DNA of 63,005 nt, the filler included, from Actinomycetota bacterium (lineage in GTDB: Bacteria; Actinomycetota; CADDZG01; JAHWKV01; JAOPZY01), in assembly GCA_025963875.1 (NCBI GenBank). It is 6 parts of 6 records of this genome, joined end to end, with 100 filler letters (N's around TTAATTAATTAA, not from the genome) between each part and the next. Parts side by side here need not be neighbours in the genome. Positions count along the whole stretch, not along the records: positions 45,096 to 50,752 come from JAOPZY010000145.1; positions 50,853 to 59,027 come from JAOPZY010000155.1; 4 more parts are not named here. One strand, written 5' to 3'. How positions within the stretch are numbered: position 1 is the stretch's first letter; each line of letters starts with the position of its first letter. Positions 45,563-55,418 of the stretch are shown in pieces. Position numbers and translations under genes: made by a program. Below the pieces are notes generated by a model, which saw only the letters and a program-made list of their open reading frames with translations, ran no database searches and had not been told where the DNA came from.

Positions 45563-46222
45563 GTGGCCGGCAACGTCACCACGATCGAGGACCTGCAGGC
45601 CGAGGGACCGGAATTCGAACGCCTGCGCCAGATGATCCGGGCATCCGGAACCGACTGCCTGAAGCACTTCGAAAACGGATATACGCACGAAGGCGGACTC
45701 TCCCTCCAGCAGAACCCCGACGAGTTCGCCGCACTCTGCCGTTTCCTGAAGCTGCGCGGCCCGTACGCGACGTACATGGAGATCGGGTCGGCGAGCGGGG
45801 GCACCGCCTTGGTGCTGTCCCGGGAGGTCGGCTTCGACCGGGCCATCAGCATCGACGACGGACGGCACCTCCGTGCCCAGGAGCAGGGGGTCAATCTGGC
45901 GGCGATCCCTGGCATCCGCCAGTTCGTTGGAGACAGCCACAGTGCGGCGGCCGGGACGTTCCTTGAGGAGGTCCTGCAAGGAGCCCCGATCGACCTTGCG
46001 TTCGTCGACGGCGACCATTCGACCGAGGGGGTCTGGCAGGACATCAAGTTGGCGCTGCGGTTCTGCCGGCCGGGCACGCTGCTGGTCCTCCACGACACGA
46101 GGGCCTGCGAGGCGGTCGAACTGGCCTGGTTGGGACTGATCCGGAAGGGAGTCGTCGAACCACTCGCCGAGTTCGTGGGGGAGCACCGGCCGCTCGGCAT
46201 CGGGGTGGGGCGCGTGGCGTAG
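45563..46222 (+). CDS. Class I SAM-dependent methyltransferase (Methyltransf_24-like)
   Basis: MEIGSASGGT, GDSH, DLAFVDGDHS..GV..D, PG...VLHD. Confidence 0.85.
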   Translation: MAGNVTTIEDLQAEGPEFERLRQMIRASGTDCLKHFENGYTHEGGLSLQQNPDEFAALCRFLKLRGPYATYMEIGSASGGTALVLSREVGFDRAISIDDGRHLRAQEQGVNLAAIPGIRQFVGDSHSAAAGTFLEEVLQGAPIDLAFVDGDHSTEGVWQDIKLALRFCRPGTLLVLHDTRACEAVELAWLGLIRKGVVEPLAEFVGEHRPLGIGVGRVA

Positions 46223-46292
46223 GGGCGTTGCCCGAAGTATTCGCGGAATGTTCACAGATACGTCTTACGGCGCCAACGTATAGTTTTGACTC

Positions 46293-47258
46293 GTGCGCGC
46301 ACTCATCACCGGCGGCGCCGGCTTCATCGGATCACACCTCGGGGACGCTCTCCTCGCCCGCGGGGACTCGGTCATCGCGCTCGACAACCTCGCTACCGGG
46401 CGCCACGACAACATCCGCGAGCACCTGGCCGACCCAAGGTTCGAGTTCGTCCTGGGATCCATCGTCAACGCCGATCTCGTCGACGACCTGGTGGCCCGGG
46501 CGGATGTCGTCTTCCATCTGGCGGCAGCCGTCGGCGTCAAGCTCATCGTGGAGCGCCCGCTCGAATCGCTGGTGACCAACATCCGCGGCTCGGAGATCCT
46601 CCTCGAGAAGGCCCACAAGTACGGCAGGAAGGTGCTCATCACCTCGACCTCGGAGATCTACGGCAAAAGCCCCGTCATCCCGATGCACGAGGACAGCGAC
46701 CGGCTCCTCGGCTCGCCGCTGGTTGGCCGGTGGAGCTACTCCACCTCCAAGGCAGTCGACGAGATCCTCGCCCACGCCTACTGGAAGGCGAAGGGCCTGC
46801 CGACGGTCATCGTCCGGCTCTTCAACACCGTCGGCCCCCGGCAGTCGCCGGACTACGGGATGGTCCTGCCCCGCTTCGTCGAGGCGGCGCTGTCGGGCCG
46901 CGACCTCAAGGTCCACGGTGACGGCACCCAGTCCCGCTGCTTCGGCCACGTGCGCGACATCGTCCCAGCCCTGCTGGCCCTCATGGAGTCCCGGGAGGCG
47001 GAGGGCCTCGCCGTCAACCTCGGCTCCCTGGAGGAGATCACCATCCTGGGTCTGGCGAAGCTGGTGATCGAGCGAAGCGGGTCCTCCTCCAAGGTCCAGC
47101 TGATCCCCTACCAGGACGTCTACGTCGGAGGGTTCGAGGACATGCCTCGGCGTGTGCCCGACATCAACAGGGCGCGCAAGCTGATCGGCTTCGAGCCGGT
47201 GACCACGCTGGCCGAGATCATCGATTCGATGATCGACGACGCCCGGCGCCGCCACTGA
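46293..47258 (+). CDS. NAD-dependent nucleotide-sugar epimerase/dehydratase
   Basis: ITGGAGFIGSH, HLAAAVGV, STSEIYG, YSTSK (YxxxK), RLFNTVGPRQ. Confidence 0.93.
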   Translation: MRALITGGAGFIGSHLGDALLARGDSVIALDNLATGRHDNIREHLADPRFEFVLGSIVNADLVDDLVARADVVFHLAAAVGVKLIVERPLESLVTNIRGSEILLEKAHKYGRKVLITSTSEIYGKSPVIPMHEDSDRLLGSPLVGRWSYSTSKAVDEILAHAYWKAKGLPTVIVRLFNTVGPRQSPDYGMVLPRFVEAALSGRDLKVHGDGTQSRCFGHVRDIVPALLALMESREAEGLAVNLGSLEEITILGLAKLVIERSGSSSKVQLIPYQDVYVGGFEDMPRRVPDINRARKLIGFEPVTTLAEIIDSMIDDARRRH

Positions 47259-47292
47259 GTGTCCGGGCCCCGGCGGACGACCGACTGAGGGT

Positions 47293-48309
47293 ATGGGCGC
47301 CGTCTACGCCGCCGCCTTCGCTGCCGCGCTCCTGGGGGCACTGTTCGCCACTCCCGTTGCCCGGAAGGTGGCGCTGCGCCTCGACATCGTCGACATGCCG
47401 GCGGCCCGGAAAGTCCACACCGACCCCATCCCGTACCTCGGGGGCCTCGCCATCATCCTTGCCTTCGTCGGGGCGATGGTGCTGGGCGTCATCGTCCATC
47501 CCCTCGCCGGCTCCTACGAGCAGGTGGCAGCGATCCTCGGCGGCGGACTTGTGCTTGCCGGCATGGGCCTCGTCGACGACCTCAAGGTGGTTCCCGGGTG
47601 GATCAAGGTCCCCCTCGAGATGGTCGCGGCATTGGTCCTCTATGCGTCCGGCGTGGCCGCCCACCCGTTCAAGAACATCGCGCTCGACCTACCCCTCAAT
47701 GTCGCGTGGGTCGTCGGCATCACCAACGCTGTCAACTACATGGACAACATGGACGGGCTGAGTGCCGGCGTGGTCGCCATCGCGTCGGGCTACTTCTTCG
47801 TCCTCGCGGCGCTGTCGCGGCAGATCCTCGTCGCCAGCCTCGCCGCGGCACTCACGGGCTGCGCCCTGGGCTTCCTCTGGTGGAACCGGCCCCCCGCCCG
47901 CATATTCATGGGGGACACCGGCAGCCTGTTCCTCGGCTTCATGCTGGCTTCCATCGGGCTGAAGCTGCGGTTCCACGCCCTGCCCGACCGGGTGGGGTTC
48001 CTCGTGCCCATCGCCGTGATGGCGATCCCGATCCTCGATGCCCTCATGGTCTCGGTCTCACGGGTGCAGCGGGGCCTGTCCCCCATCCACCCCGGCAAGG
48101 ACCACATGTCGCACCGGCTGGTGCGGGTCGGAATCCCCTCGAAAGCTGCGGTAGGCTTGATCTACTTCGCCTCCGCATCGTGCGGTTGGCTTGGCGTGAT
48201 CATTGTCTACGCCAGCCCGACGACTGCCTACCTGCTCATGGGCTGGCTCATCGTGGTGGCTGTGTTCCTCGGATGGCTGCTTCTTCGTGTAAAGGTCGAA
48301 TCGCAGTGA
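47293..48309 (+). CDS. WecA/TagO-like polyprenyl-phosphate GlcNAc-1-phosphate transferase (MraY family)
   Basis: P.LGGLAI, G..DD, TNAVN.MDNMDGL, PARIFMGDTGS, DH..HRL. Confidence 0.93.
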   Translation: MGAVYAAAFAAALLGALFATPVARKVALRLDIVDMPAARKVHTDPIPYLGGLAIILAFVGAMVLGVIVHPLAGSYEQVAAILGGGLVLAGMGLVDDLKVVPGWIKVPLEMVAALVLYASGVAAHPFKNIALDLPLNVAWVVGITNAVNYMDNMDGLSAGVVAIASGYFFVLAALSRQILVASLAAALTGCALGFLWWNRPPARIFMGDTGSLFLGFMLASIGLKLRFHALPDRVGFLVPIAVMAIPILDALMVSVSRVQRGLSPIHPGKDHMSHRLVRVGIPSKAAVGLIYFASASCGWLGVIIVYASPTTAYLLMGWLIVVAVFLGWLLLRVKVESQ

Positions 48310-48325
48310 GAGCCCCGAGAGCCAC

Positions 48326-50512
48326 ATGAGAACCTGGATCCTCCAGAAATGGCATGGCTACGCGCGCGCGGTCCTGCTGTTCGGCCTCGTGTTCAATGCG
48401 ATCATCTTCTGGCGGCCCACGGTGGACGTCTTCAACCTCGTCAAGATCACGTCGCTGTGGATCACCGGCATCGTGAGCCTGGCCATCTGGGTGGCCTGGG
48501 CGGCCGAGCGAGGAGCGTGGCTCCCAAAGATGCGCCTCTTCTGGGCAGCCGGGGCGTTCCTTGCGGCAGTGCTTCTGTCGACGCTGTTCTCCCAGGACCC
48601 CGGTCTCTCCCTCATCGGCCTCTACCATCGCTACGGCGGCCTCCTGCCGTTCGCCCTCTACGCAGCCATCGCCCTCACGATCGTCGGCCTGTACTGGGAG
48701 CGCCCCGACCGCCTGAAGGAGATCCCCTGGGCGATTGCGCTGGCATGCGTCGTCATGATTCCCCTGACGCTGTGGCAGGCCACCAAGATCCAGTGCAGCG
48801 CGACGGCGCAGGGTCCGTTCTGTATCCCGTGGCGTGACAGCAACGGCCAGCCGCCGTCCTTCCCGGTGGGCACCATGGGCAACTCCAACTTCGCCGGCGG
48901 GTTCATGGCCATGGCGGTGCCGATGTTCCTCTACGTGGTGCTCACCGCGAGGAACTCCGTCGTCAGGATCGTCATGGGCGTGCTCTTCGCCGCCGACCTG
49001 CTGGCGCTCTGGTTCACCCAGACCCGAGGCGCCTTCATCGCGGTCGGCGTCTCGTTCCTCGTGGCAGCGTTCCTCTACCGTGACAAGCTGCCCCGTTGGG
49101 TCCGGCTCCTGGCGGCGGTGGGGGCGGTTGGCGGCGTTCTGGTTGCGGTTGAGGTCCTCGTGCATCCGGGCACGAAGACGGCGCCGGGCCTTTTCGCCCA
49201 TGCGGGGGCCTTCAGCCCGTTCCGTACCGGCACGTTCCAGGACCGCGGCTACTACTGGATCACGGCCCTCAGGATCTTCCGCCACCACCCCATCCTCGGG
49301 ACCGGGCCGGACACCTACTACGCCAACTATCCGTTGTTCCGCCTGGCCAAGGATGGGGCGAAGCTCGGTCTCACCATCACGGACAAGCCCCACAACATCT
49401 TTCTCGAGTACGCCTCGAACACGGGCATCCTCGGCATCGGGACCTACCTCACCCTGGTGGGGCTGGCGCTGACCTACGGCTACCGGCGGGTGCGGCAGCT
49501 CGAGGGGCCGATGCGCCTCCTGCTCGTGGCCTTCATGACCACGCTGGTGGCCTACCTCGTCAACCAGTTCTTCTCGATCGACGTGCCGCCGCTGGCGGTC
49601 ATGGGATGGGTATCCCTGGCCGGCATCGCCGTCCTCGCGGATCCCGGCGCCGTCGCGGCCCGGGAGGCCATCGCCGCCGCACGGGCGTCCCAGGGACCGA
49701 AAGGGATGCGGAAGAAGAAGAAGGTGCCGGGCGCGAAGACCTCGGCGCCCTACGGCGGCACGCGGGTGACGCGCCAAGGGCAGACCCGCTGGCTGGTGCA
49801 CATCCTCGCCGCGGTCGGCGCCCTCGTCCTGCTCGCCGTCGGCGTCCGCCCGTTCTGGGCGGACCACCTCGCCCACAACGGGCAGCAGGCGCAGGCGAAC
49901 CAGTCCCCGCTCGCGGACGTCAGGGCTGCCTTCCTCCATGCGGCAGCCTTCCAGCCCCTCGAGCCCAGCTACCTGTCCCTCGCCGGCTCCCTGGACGAGT
50001 CCCAGGGCGACGGCGCCCAGGATCCCGCTGCCCGGACCACCAGCTTCAACGCCGCACTCGATCGCTACCGGCAGGCGCTGAATCTGCAGCCCGAAAACGT
50101 CTTCTATGTTATGAACATCGCCAGGGTCTACACGCGCTGGGGGGCCACGGACGTCGCCAAATACGGGGAGGCCGACAAGTGGTGGCAGCGGGCCGTGAAC
50201 CAGGACCCGACCGACTGGCAGGTCCACACGCAGTACGCCGGCATGCTCGCCTCCTGGGTGGCTGCCGCCCCGACCGACGCCGGCCTCCGCAACAAGACAA
50301 TCGGCCAGATGATGGCCGTGGTGCGCATCAGGCCCCAGGACGCAGCCACGTGGGTCAACATCTCCAAGGTCTACCTCCTCGGGGGCCAGAACAGCGAGGC
50401 GAAAGCTGCCGCCACGACCGCCCTCAGCCTCGACCCGACGAATGCCGACGCCAAAGGCGCCCTGGTCTCGGCAACCGCGTCGTCGACCGCGACCTCCACG
50501 ACGGGCGGGTAG
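48326..50512 (+). CDS. O-antigen ligase/polymerase family membrane protein with C-terminal TPR repeats
   Basis: GTMGNSN, TQTRGA, R...W..A......P.LGTGPDTY, HN..LE....G..G; TPR-like C-terminus. Confidence 0.88.
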   Translation: MRTWILQKWHGYARAVLLFGLVFNAIIFWRPTVDVFNLVKITSLWITGIVSLAIWVAWAAERGAWLPKMRLFWAAGAFLAAVLLSTLFSQDPGLSLIGLYHRYGGLLPFALYAAIALTIVGLYWERPDRLKEIPWAIALACVVMIPLTLWQATKIQCSATAQGPFCIPWRDSNGQPPSFPVGTMGNSNFAGGFMAMAVPMFLYVVLTARNSVVRIVMGVLFAADLLALWFTQTRGAFIAVGVSFLVAAFLYRDKLPRWVRLLAAVGAVGGVLVAVEVLVHPGTKTAPGLFAHAGAFSPFRTGTFQDRGYYWITALRIFRHHPILGTGPDTYYANYPLFRLAKDGAKLGLTITDKPHNIFLEYASNTGILGIGTYLTLVGLALTYGYRRVRQLEGPMRLLLVAFMTTLVAYLVNQFFSIDVPPLAVMGWVSLAGIAVLADPGAVAAREAIAAARASQGPKGMRKKKKVPGAKTSAPYGGTRVTRQGQTRWLVHILAAVGALVLLAVGVRPFWADHLAHNGQQAQANQSPLADVRAAFLHAAAFQPLEPSYLSLAGSLDESQGDGAQDPAARTTSFNAALDRYRQALNLQPENVFYVMNIARVYTRWGATDVAKYGEADKWWQRAVNQDPTDWQVHTQYAGMLASWVAAAPTDAGLRNKTIGQMMAVVRIRPQDAATWVNISKVYLLGGQNSEAKAAATTALSLDPTNADAKGALVSATASSTATSTTGG

Positions 50513-50519
50513 GTAGCCG

Positions 50520-50752
50520 GTGGCCGCCAGGCTGACGCGCTGGGACGGTTCGCCTCCCTCCGACTCGGCGCTGCGCGACGCCTTCCGTGCCGAGGGCCTC
50601 TCCCCCTACGCCTGGTCGAACGGTCCGGGGGATCGCTACGGCGTCCACACGCACAGCTACGACAAGGTGCTGTACTGCGCCAGCGGCAGCATCACCTTCC
50701 ACGTCGAGGGGGCCGACGTGACGATGAAGGCGGGCGACCGCCTCGACCTGCC
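50520..50752 (+). CDS. Cupin domain protein (3' truncated)
   Basis: WSNGPGDRY..HTH.YDKVLYC..GSITF...GDRLDL. Confidence 0.8.
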
Positions 50753-50852
50753 NNNNNNNNNNNNNNNNNNNNNNNNNNNNNNNNNNNNNNNNNNNNTTAA
50801 TTAATTAANNNNNNNNNNNNNNNNNNNNNNNNNNNNNNNNNNNNNNNNNNNN
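50753..50852. other. Artificial contig spacer
   Basis: N-run, TTAATTAATTAA, N-run. Confidence 0.98.
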
Positions 50853-51739
50853 TGCAGCTCGAGGAGCTGGGCGGGGCGTTGCGGTCCTACCGCGATGGCG
50901 TCGAGTACGACCCCGAGCGGCTGGCGCAGGTCGAGGAGCGGCTGGGGGCGATCTTCTCGTTGAAGCGAAAGTACGGCGGCACCGTGGAGGAGATCCTGGC
51001 CTTTGCCGAGGGAGCGGAGGCCGAGCTGGCCGGCCTGGCCGGCCGGGAGCAGACCATCGTTGCCCTGGAGGCGGACGAGGCGTCGCTGCACCGGGAGCTT
51101 GGCAGCGTCGCCGGCGAGTTGTCGGCCGGTCGGCGCCGGGCGGCACGGAGCCTGGAGCGACACGTCGAGGAGCAGCTCGGAACCCTGGCGATGTCGGGAA
51201 GTTTCGGCGTCCAGTTTCGCCCGGAGGCGGCCCTCAAGGCGCCGGATAAGAACAAAGACCCGTCCGCAGGCGAGCTCGAATCCGTGGAGTTCCTGCTCTC
51301 GCTCAACCCCGGCGAGCCACCCCGTCCCCTTGCCAGGATCGCATCCGGCGGCGAGACCTCCCGGGTGATGCTGGCGATCAAGGCGGCGCTGACCGGGGCC
51401 GACCCTCATCCCACGCTGGTCTTCGACGAGATCGACTCCGGCATCGGGGGGCGGGTGGGCGAGGTGGTCGGTCGCAAGCTGTGGGACCTGGCTCGCCACA
51501 GCCAGGTGCTCGCCGTCACCCACCTCCCGCAGATTGCCGCCTATGGCGACGTCCACCTGCACGTCGGCAAGCACGTGGCCGAGGGCAGGACGGTGACAAG
51601 TGTGGACAGCCTCGTAGCCGAGGATCGCCTGGACGAGCTGAGCGACATGTTCGGCTCCGACCGGGAGGCCGGGCGCCTCCAGGCGACGGCCCTCCTGGAC
51701 CGGGCGCGAGCCGCGGACCGTCTCGCCGAGGGACGATAG
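50853..51739 (+). CDS. recN: DNA repair protein RecN, 3' part
   Basis: LKRKYG, NPGE..RPL.RIASGGE.SR.MLAIK, FDEIDSGIGG, VTHLPQIAA. Confidence 0.96.
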
Positions 51740-51761
51740 GCGGTTCCTCGAAGGGGGAGGC

Positions 51762-53138
51762 ATGGACATCCCGTCGGAATCCGATCGAGCGCTGCGGGAC
51801 GAGATCGTGGAACGGGCGAGGACCGCCGGCCTCCGGCTCGTCCGGTTCCTCTACTGCGACAACGACGGGCTGATCCGGGGCAAGGCCACGGGCATGTCGA
51901 GCCTGGCCCGGCGGCTGGAGACGGGGATCGGCCTGACGGTGGCGATGCAGGCATTCAGCCTGCTCGACCAGCTGGCGCCCGTGGAGGGCATGGGCCCGGT
52001 GGGGGAGATCCGCCTGGTTCCCGACCTCAAGACGTTCGTCGTCGCCCCGTACTCCGTGGTCACCGGGGTCGTGCTGGTGGACATGACGACCCTGGAGGGA
52101 GCCCCCTATCCCGCCGACGGCAGGGGTTTCCTCAGGCGGATGGTGGGGCGCGCCCGCGACGCGGACATGGAGATCGTGGCGGCCTTCGAGCCGGAGTGGT
52201 CCCTGGCGAGGTCGGAGGCCGGTTCCTACGTGCCCCTCGACGAGAGCAACTGCTTCTCCACCTCGGGAATGGTCGCTGCTGCTGGTGTGATCGACGAATT
52301 GGTCGCCGCCCTCGAGGCGCAGGGCATGGCGGTGGAGCAGTACTACCCCGAGCTGGGCTGGGGCCAGCAGGAGCTTTCCATAGGACGCGCCCCGGCCCTG
52401 CGGGCTGCCGACAACCACCTTCTCTACCGGGAGACGGTCCGCGACGTGGCGGCCCGGCACGGACTCGTGGCCTCGTTCGCCCCCAAGCCCTGGCCCGACC
52501 AGGCCGGGAATGGCTGCCACCTCCACTGGTCGGGTTGGAACCGCGACCTGACGGTCAACCGCTTCCATGAAGCCGGCGGTCCCTACGGCCTCTCGGAGGC
52601 CGCCCGGCAGTTCATAGCGGGCGTCCTCGACCACCTGCCGGCGCTGGTGGCGCTCACGTGTGCCTCGGTCAATTCCTACCGGCGCCTTCAGCCCCAGACG
52701 TGGGCGTCCGCCTACCGCACGTGGGGCTTCGACAACCGGGAGGCGGCGCTGCGGGTCCCGTCGCCACTGCGGGGGTTGGAGGCGGAGTCGACCAACGTGG
52801 AGCTCAAGGCCTCGGATTCCAGCGCCAACCCGTACCTGGCGCTTGGCGGGGTTATCGCTGCCGGGCTAGACGGGATCGAGCGCGGCCTCGACCTGCCCCG
52901 CCCCGTCGCCGTCGACCCGGCCTCGCTGAGCGAGAAGGAAAGGGAGGAGCTGGGAGCCGTCCGTTTGCCGACGAGTCTCGGGGAGGCCATCGACAACCTC
53001 GAGCGGGACGCGGTCCTCCTGGATGCTCTCGGCGATCGCCTTGCCGCCTCGTACCTCGCCGTGAAGAGATCCAACATCGCGGCCTTCGCAGCGCACGACG
53101 AGGCGTTCGAGTTCGCCCAGCACTTCTCCAAATTTTGA
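51762..53138 (+). CDS. Glutamine synthetase-like protein (gamma-glutamyl-amine ligase / FluG-NodGS GS-domain type)
   Basis: D.DG.IRGK, EPEW, E...GQQE, F.PKP....GNG.HLH, NSYRRL, WG.DNREA..R, ELK..D..ANPY. Confidence 0.92.
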   Translation: MDIPSESDRALRDEIVERARTAGLRLVRFLYCDNDGLIRGKATGMSSLARRLETGIGLTVAMQAFSLLDQLAPVEGMGPVGEIRLVPDLKTFVVAPYSVVTGVVLVDMTTLEGAPYPADGRGFLRRMVGRARDADMEIVAAFEPEWSLARSEAGSYVPLDESNCFSTSGMVAAAGVIDELVAALEAQGMAVEQYYPELGWGQQELSIGRAPALRAADNHLLYRETVRDVAARHGLVASFAPKPWPDQAGNGCHLHWSGWNRDLTVNRFHEAGGPYGLSEAARQFIAGVLDHLPALVALTCASVNSYRRLQPQTWASAYRTWGFDNREAALRVPSPLRGLEAESTNVELKASDSSANPYLALGGVIAAGLDGIERGLDLPRPVAVDPASLSEKEREELGAVRLPTSLGEAIDNLERDAVLLDALGDRLAASYLAVKRSNIAAFAAHDEAFEFAQHFSKF

Positions 53139-54274
53139 TGGAGGCCCTCCTGGCGGAATGGGAGGGCGTCCGAGCGGTCGACCACCACTGCCACCCCCTG
53201 CTGCGCTGGCCGCTTGACCTGACGCCCTTCGGGTTGCGGGCCGTCTTCACCGAGGCGGCTGACCCGACGATGATCCGGGAGCACGTCCCATGCACCGCCG
53301 CCTACCGAGGCGCCCTCGCCTGCCTCGCCGGCGCGCTGGGCTGTGCAGCCACCGAGGAGGCGATCCTGGAGGTCCGGGCGGGACGAGACCCGGGCACCTA
53401 CGCCAACGCCCTGCTGGAGCGGAGCGGCACGGGTGTCCTGCTCCTCGACCATGGGTTCGCTGGCGGGGATGCGTTCACCGTTGCGGAGCATCACCGTGAG
53501 GTCACGCTGCCCCAGCACGAGATCGTGCGGCTCGAGACGCTTGGCGAGGACCTTGCGGCCGGCGTCGACGATCCCCAGGAATGGTTCCAGGCGGTGCGAG
53601 CCGCCCTCCAGGCGGCGGTCGAGGATGGTGCCTGCGCCGTCAAGACCATCGCGGCCTACCGATCGGGCCTGCGGCTCCGGCGGCATTCGCCGGAAGACGT
53701 CGCCAGAGAGTTCTCCCTGTTCCGGGCGGCTGTGCCGCCGCGTCTCACCGGCAAGGCACTCTGCCACACGCTCGTGTTCGAGGCGGCGGCCTGCTGCCGA
53801 GTGCTCGACGTGCCGCTGCAGGTCCACTGCGGTCTGGGCGACCCTGACGAGGACCTGGCCCTCGCCTCACCGCTCGGGCTGCGGCCCCTGTTCGAGGACC
53901 CCGGCCTGAGGGGCCTGAACGTGGTGCTGCTGCACTGCTACCCGTACCACCGGGAGGCCGCCTACCTCTCGGCGATGTACCTCGGCGTCTTCATGGACCT
54001 GTCGCTGGCCATCCCGCTCGCCGCCGCCGACGGCGCCCGCGCCTTGAAGGAGGCGCTGGGCCTGTGCCCCTGGAGCAAACTGCTGTACGCGACGGATGCC
54101 AGCCGGCTGCCCGAGCTCTACTTCGTCGCAGCGACCCGGCAGCGCGAGGCGCTGGCGGCGGCGCTCTCGGACCTCGTCACCGCTGGCTTCCTCAGCCGGG
54201 ACGAGGGCGTTGAGGCGGGGCGGCGGGTCCTGGCGGGCAACGCCACTGCCCTGTACCGCCTCCAGCCGAGGTAG
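53138..54274 (+). CDS. Amidohydrolase family protein (FluG/NodGS N-terminal type)
   Basis: TGATG overlap; VDHHCH, KTIAAYRSGL, PLQVH.GLGD, LLHCYPYHREA, KLLYATD. Confidence 0.9.
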   Translation: MEALLAEWEGVRAVDHHCHPLLRWPLDLTPFGLRAVFTEAADPTMIREHVPCTAAYRGALACLAGALGCAATEEAILEVRAGRDPGTYANALLERSGTGVLLLDHGFAGGDAFTVAEHHREVTLPQHEIVRLETLGEDLAAGVDDPQEWFQAVRAALQAAVEDGACAVKTIAAYRSGLRLRRHSPEDVAREFSLFRAAVPPRLTGKALCHTLVFEAAACCRVLDVPLQVHCGLGDPDEDLALASPLGLRPLFEDPGLRGLNVVLLHCYPYHREAAYLSAMYLGVFMDLSLAIPLAAADGARALKEALGLCPWSKLLYATDASRLPELYFVAATRQREALAAALSDLVTAGFLSRDEGVEAGRRVLAGNATALYRLQPR

Positions 54275-54325
54275 CGCACGGGGGTCTTGGGCTCCTCGCG
54301 GGTTCGAGTGGATGATCACAGCAAT

Positions 54326-54374
54326 CTTCTTTGTATGATTAAGCATCATTATCATGTTTATTCATACAAAGAAG
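54326..54374. promoter_or_regulatory. AT-rich 21-bp-arm inverted repeat (operator or hairpin) upstream of dioxygenase
   Basis: CTTCTTTGTATGATTAAGCAT-CATTATC-ATGTTTATTCATACAAAGAAG; arms match at 19 of 21 positions. Confidence 0.7.
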
Positions 54375-54485
54375 GGCAGCGCCGGCACCAGTGGGGGGGT
54401 GGCCTCGCCACCGCACCGGGCGTTCGTTCAAGGAATACCCCCCGGCCCGCGGCGTTGTTCGATGAAGATAGTAAGGAGGCTAATT

Positions 54486-55418
54486 ATGAAGCTTGAAGGT
54501 ATTCACCACATCACTGCAATCACCGGCGATGCCCCCGGCAACGTGGGCTTTTACGCCGGAACGATGGGGCTGCGCCTGGTCAAGAAAACTGTCAACCAGG
54601 ACGACCCCACCGTGTACCACCTGTTCTACGCCGACGAGGCGGGCAGCCCCGGCGCCGACCTCACGTTTTTCGAATACCCAGGTGCCGGTCCGGGGAGTCC
54701 CGGTGCCGGCATGGTGCACCGCGTCGTATGGCGCGTGGCGTCGGAAGAGGCGCTGACCTTCTGGGAGGAGCGGCTCCTCGCTGACGGCATCGCGTCGCAG
54801 CGCAGCCCGGGACGCCTCGAGTTCAACGACCCCGAAGGCCTGGGCCTCGCACTCACGGTGTCGGCGGTCGCCGACCAGCCGCTCATCGCCGAGCATCCCG
54901 AGATCCCCGGCGACCTTGCCCTCCAGGGCTTCGACGGCGTCCGGGCCTACAGCTTCGACCCCGACCGCAGCCGGGGCCTCCTCCAGGAGACACTGGGGTT
55001 CACGCCGGTAGCCGGGGGCTCGTTCGAGGCCCGTGGCGAGCAGCGTGGCGGCTTCTACGTCTACGACGACGCACCCGGACGGGGCATCCCCGGTGCCGGA
55101 ACGGTGCACCACGTCGCCTGGGCATCGCCCATGGACGATCACGAGGCCTGGCAGCGCCGCCTCGTCGAGGCGGGGGCCCGGCCGACGCCCATCATCGATC
55201 GCTTCTACTTCCGGTCGATCTACTTCCGGGAGCCGAGCGGCGTCCTGTTCGAGATCGCCACCATCGGTCCGGGGTTCGCCACCGACGAGGACCGGGCACA
55301 CCTTGGCGAGTCCCTGTCGCTGCCGCCGGCGTTCGAACACCTGCGCGCCCAGCTCGACGGCATCCTGACCCCGCTCCCCAACCCGCGCCGGGACCTCGTC
55401 AAGGACGTGTCGCGATGA
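54486..55418 (+). CDS. VOC family ring-cleaving dioxygenase (MhqA/MhqO-like)
   Basis: GIHHITAI, LGLRLVKKTVNQDD type motif, YHLFY, VHHVAW, DRFYFRSIYFREP.G.LFEIAT; AAGGAGG RBS. Confidence 0.93.
   Translation: MKLEGIHHITAITGDAPGNVGFYAGTMGLRLVKKTVNQDDPTVYHLFYADEAGSPGADLTFFEYPGAGPGSPGAGMVHRVVWRVASEEALTFWEERLLADGIASQRSPGRLEFNDPEGLGLALTVSAVADQPLIAEHPEIPGDLALQGFDGVRAYSFDPDRSRGLLQETLGFTPVAGGSFEARGEQRGGFYVYDDAPGRGIPGAGTVHHVAWASPMDDHEAWQRRLVEAGARPTPIIDRFYFRSIYFREPSGVLFEIATIGPGFATDEDRAHLGESLSLPPAFEHLRAQLDGILTPLPNPRRDLVKDVSR

Noticed and set aside
54332..54359. dif (XerCD) site, because TAAGCATCATTAT resembles the actinobacterial dif core
   Set aside because: The right arm lacks the TTATGT(C/T)AA XerD-type sequence, and the longer palindrome explains the symmetry better.
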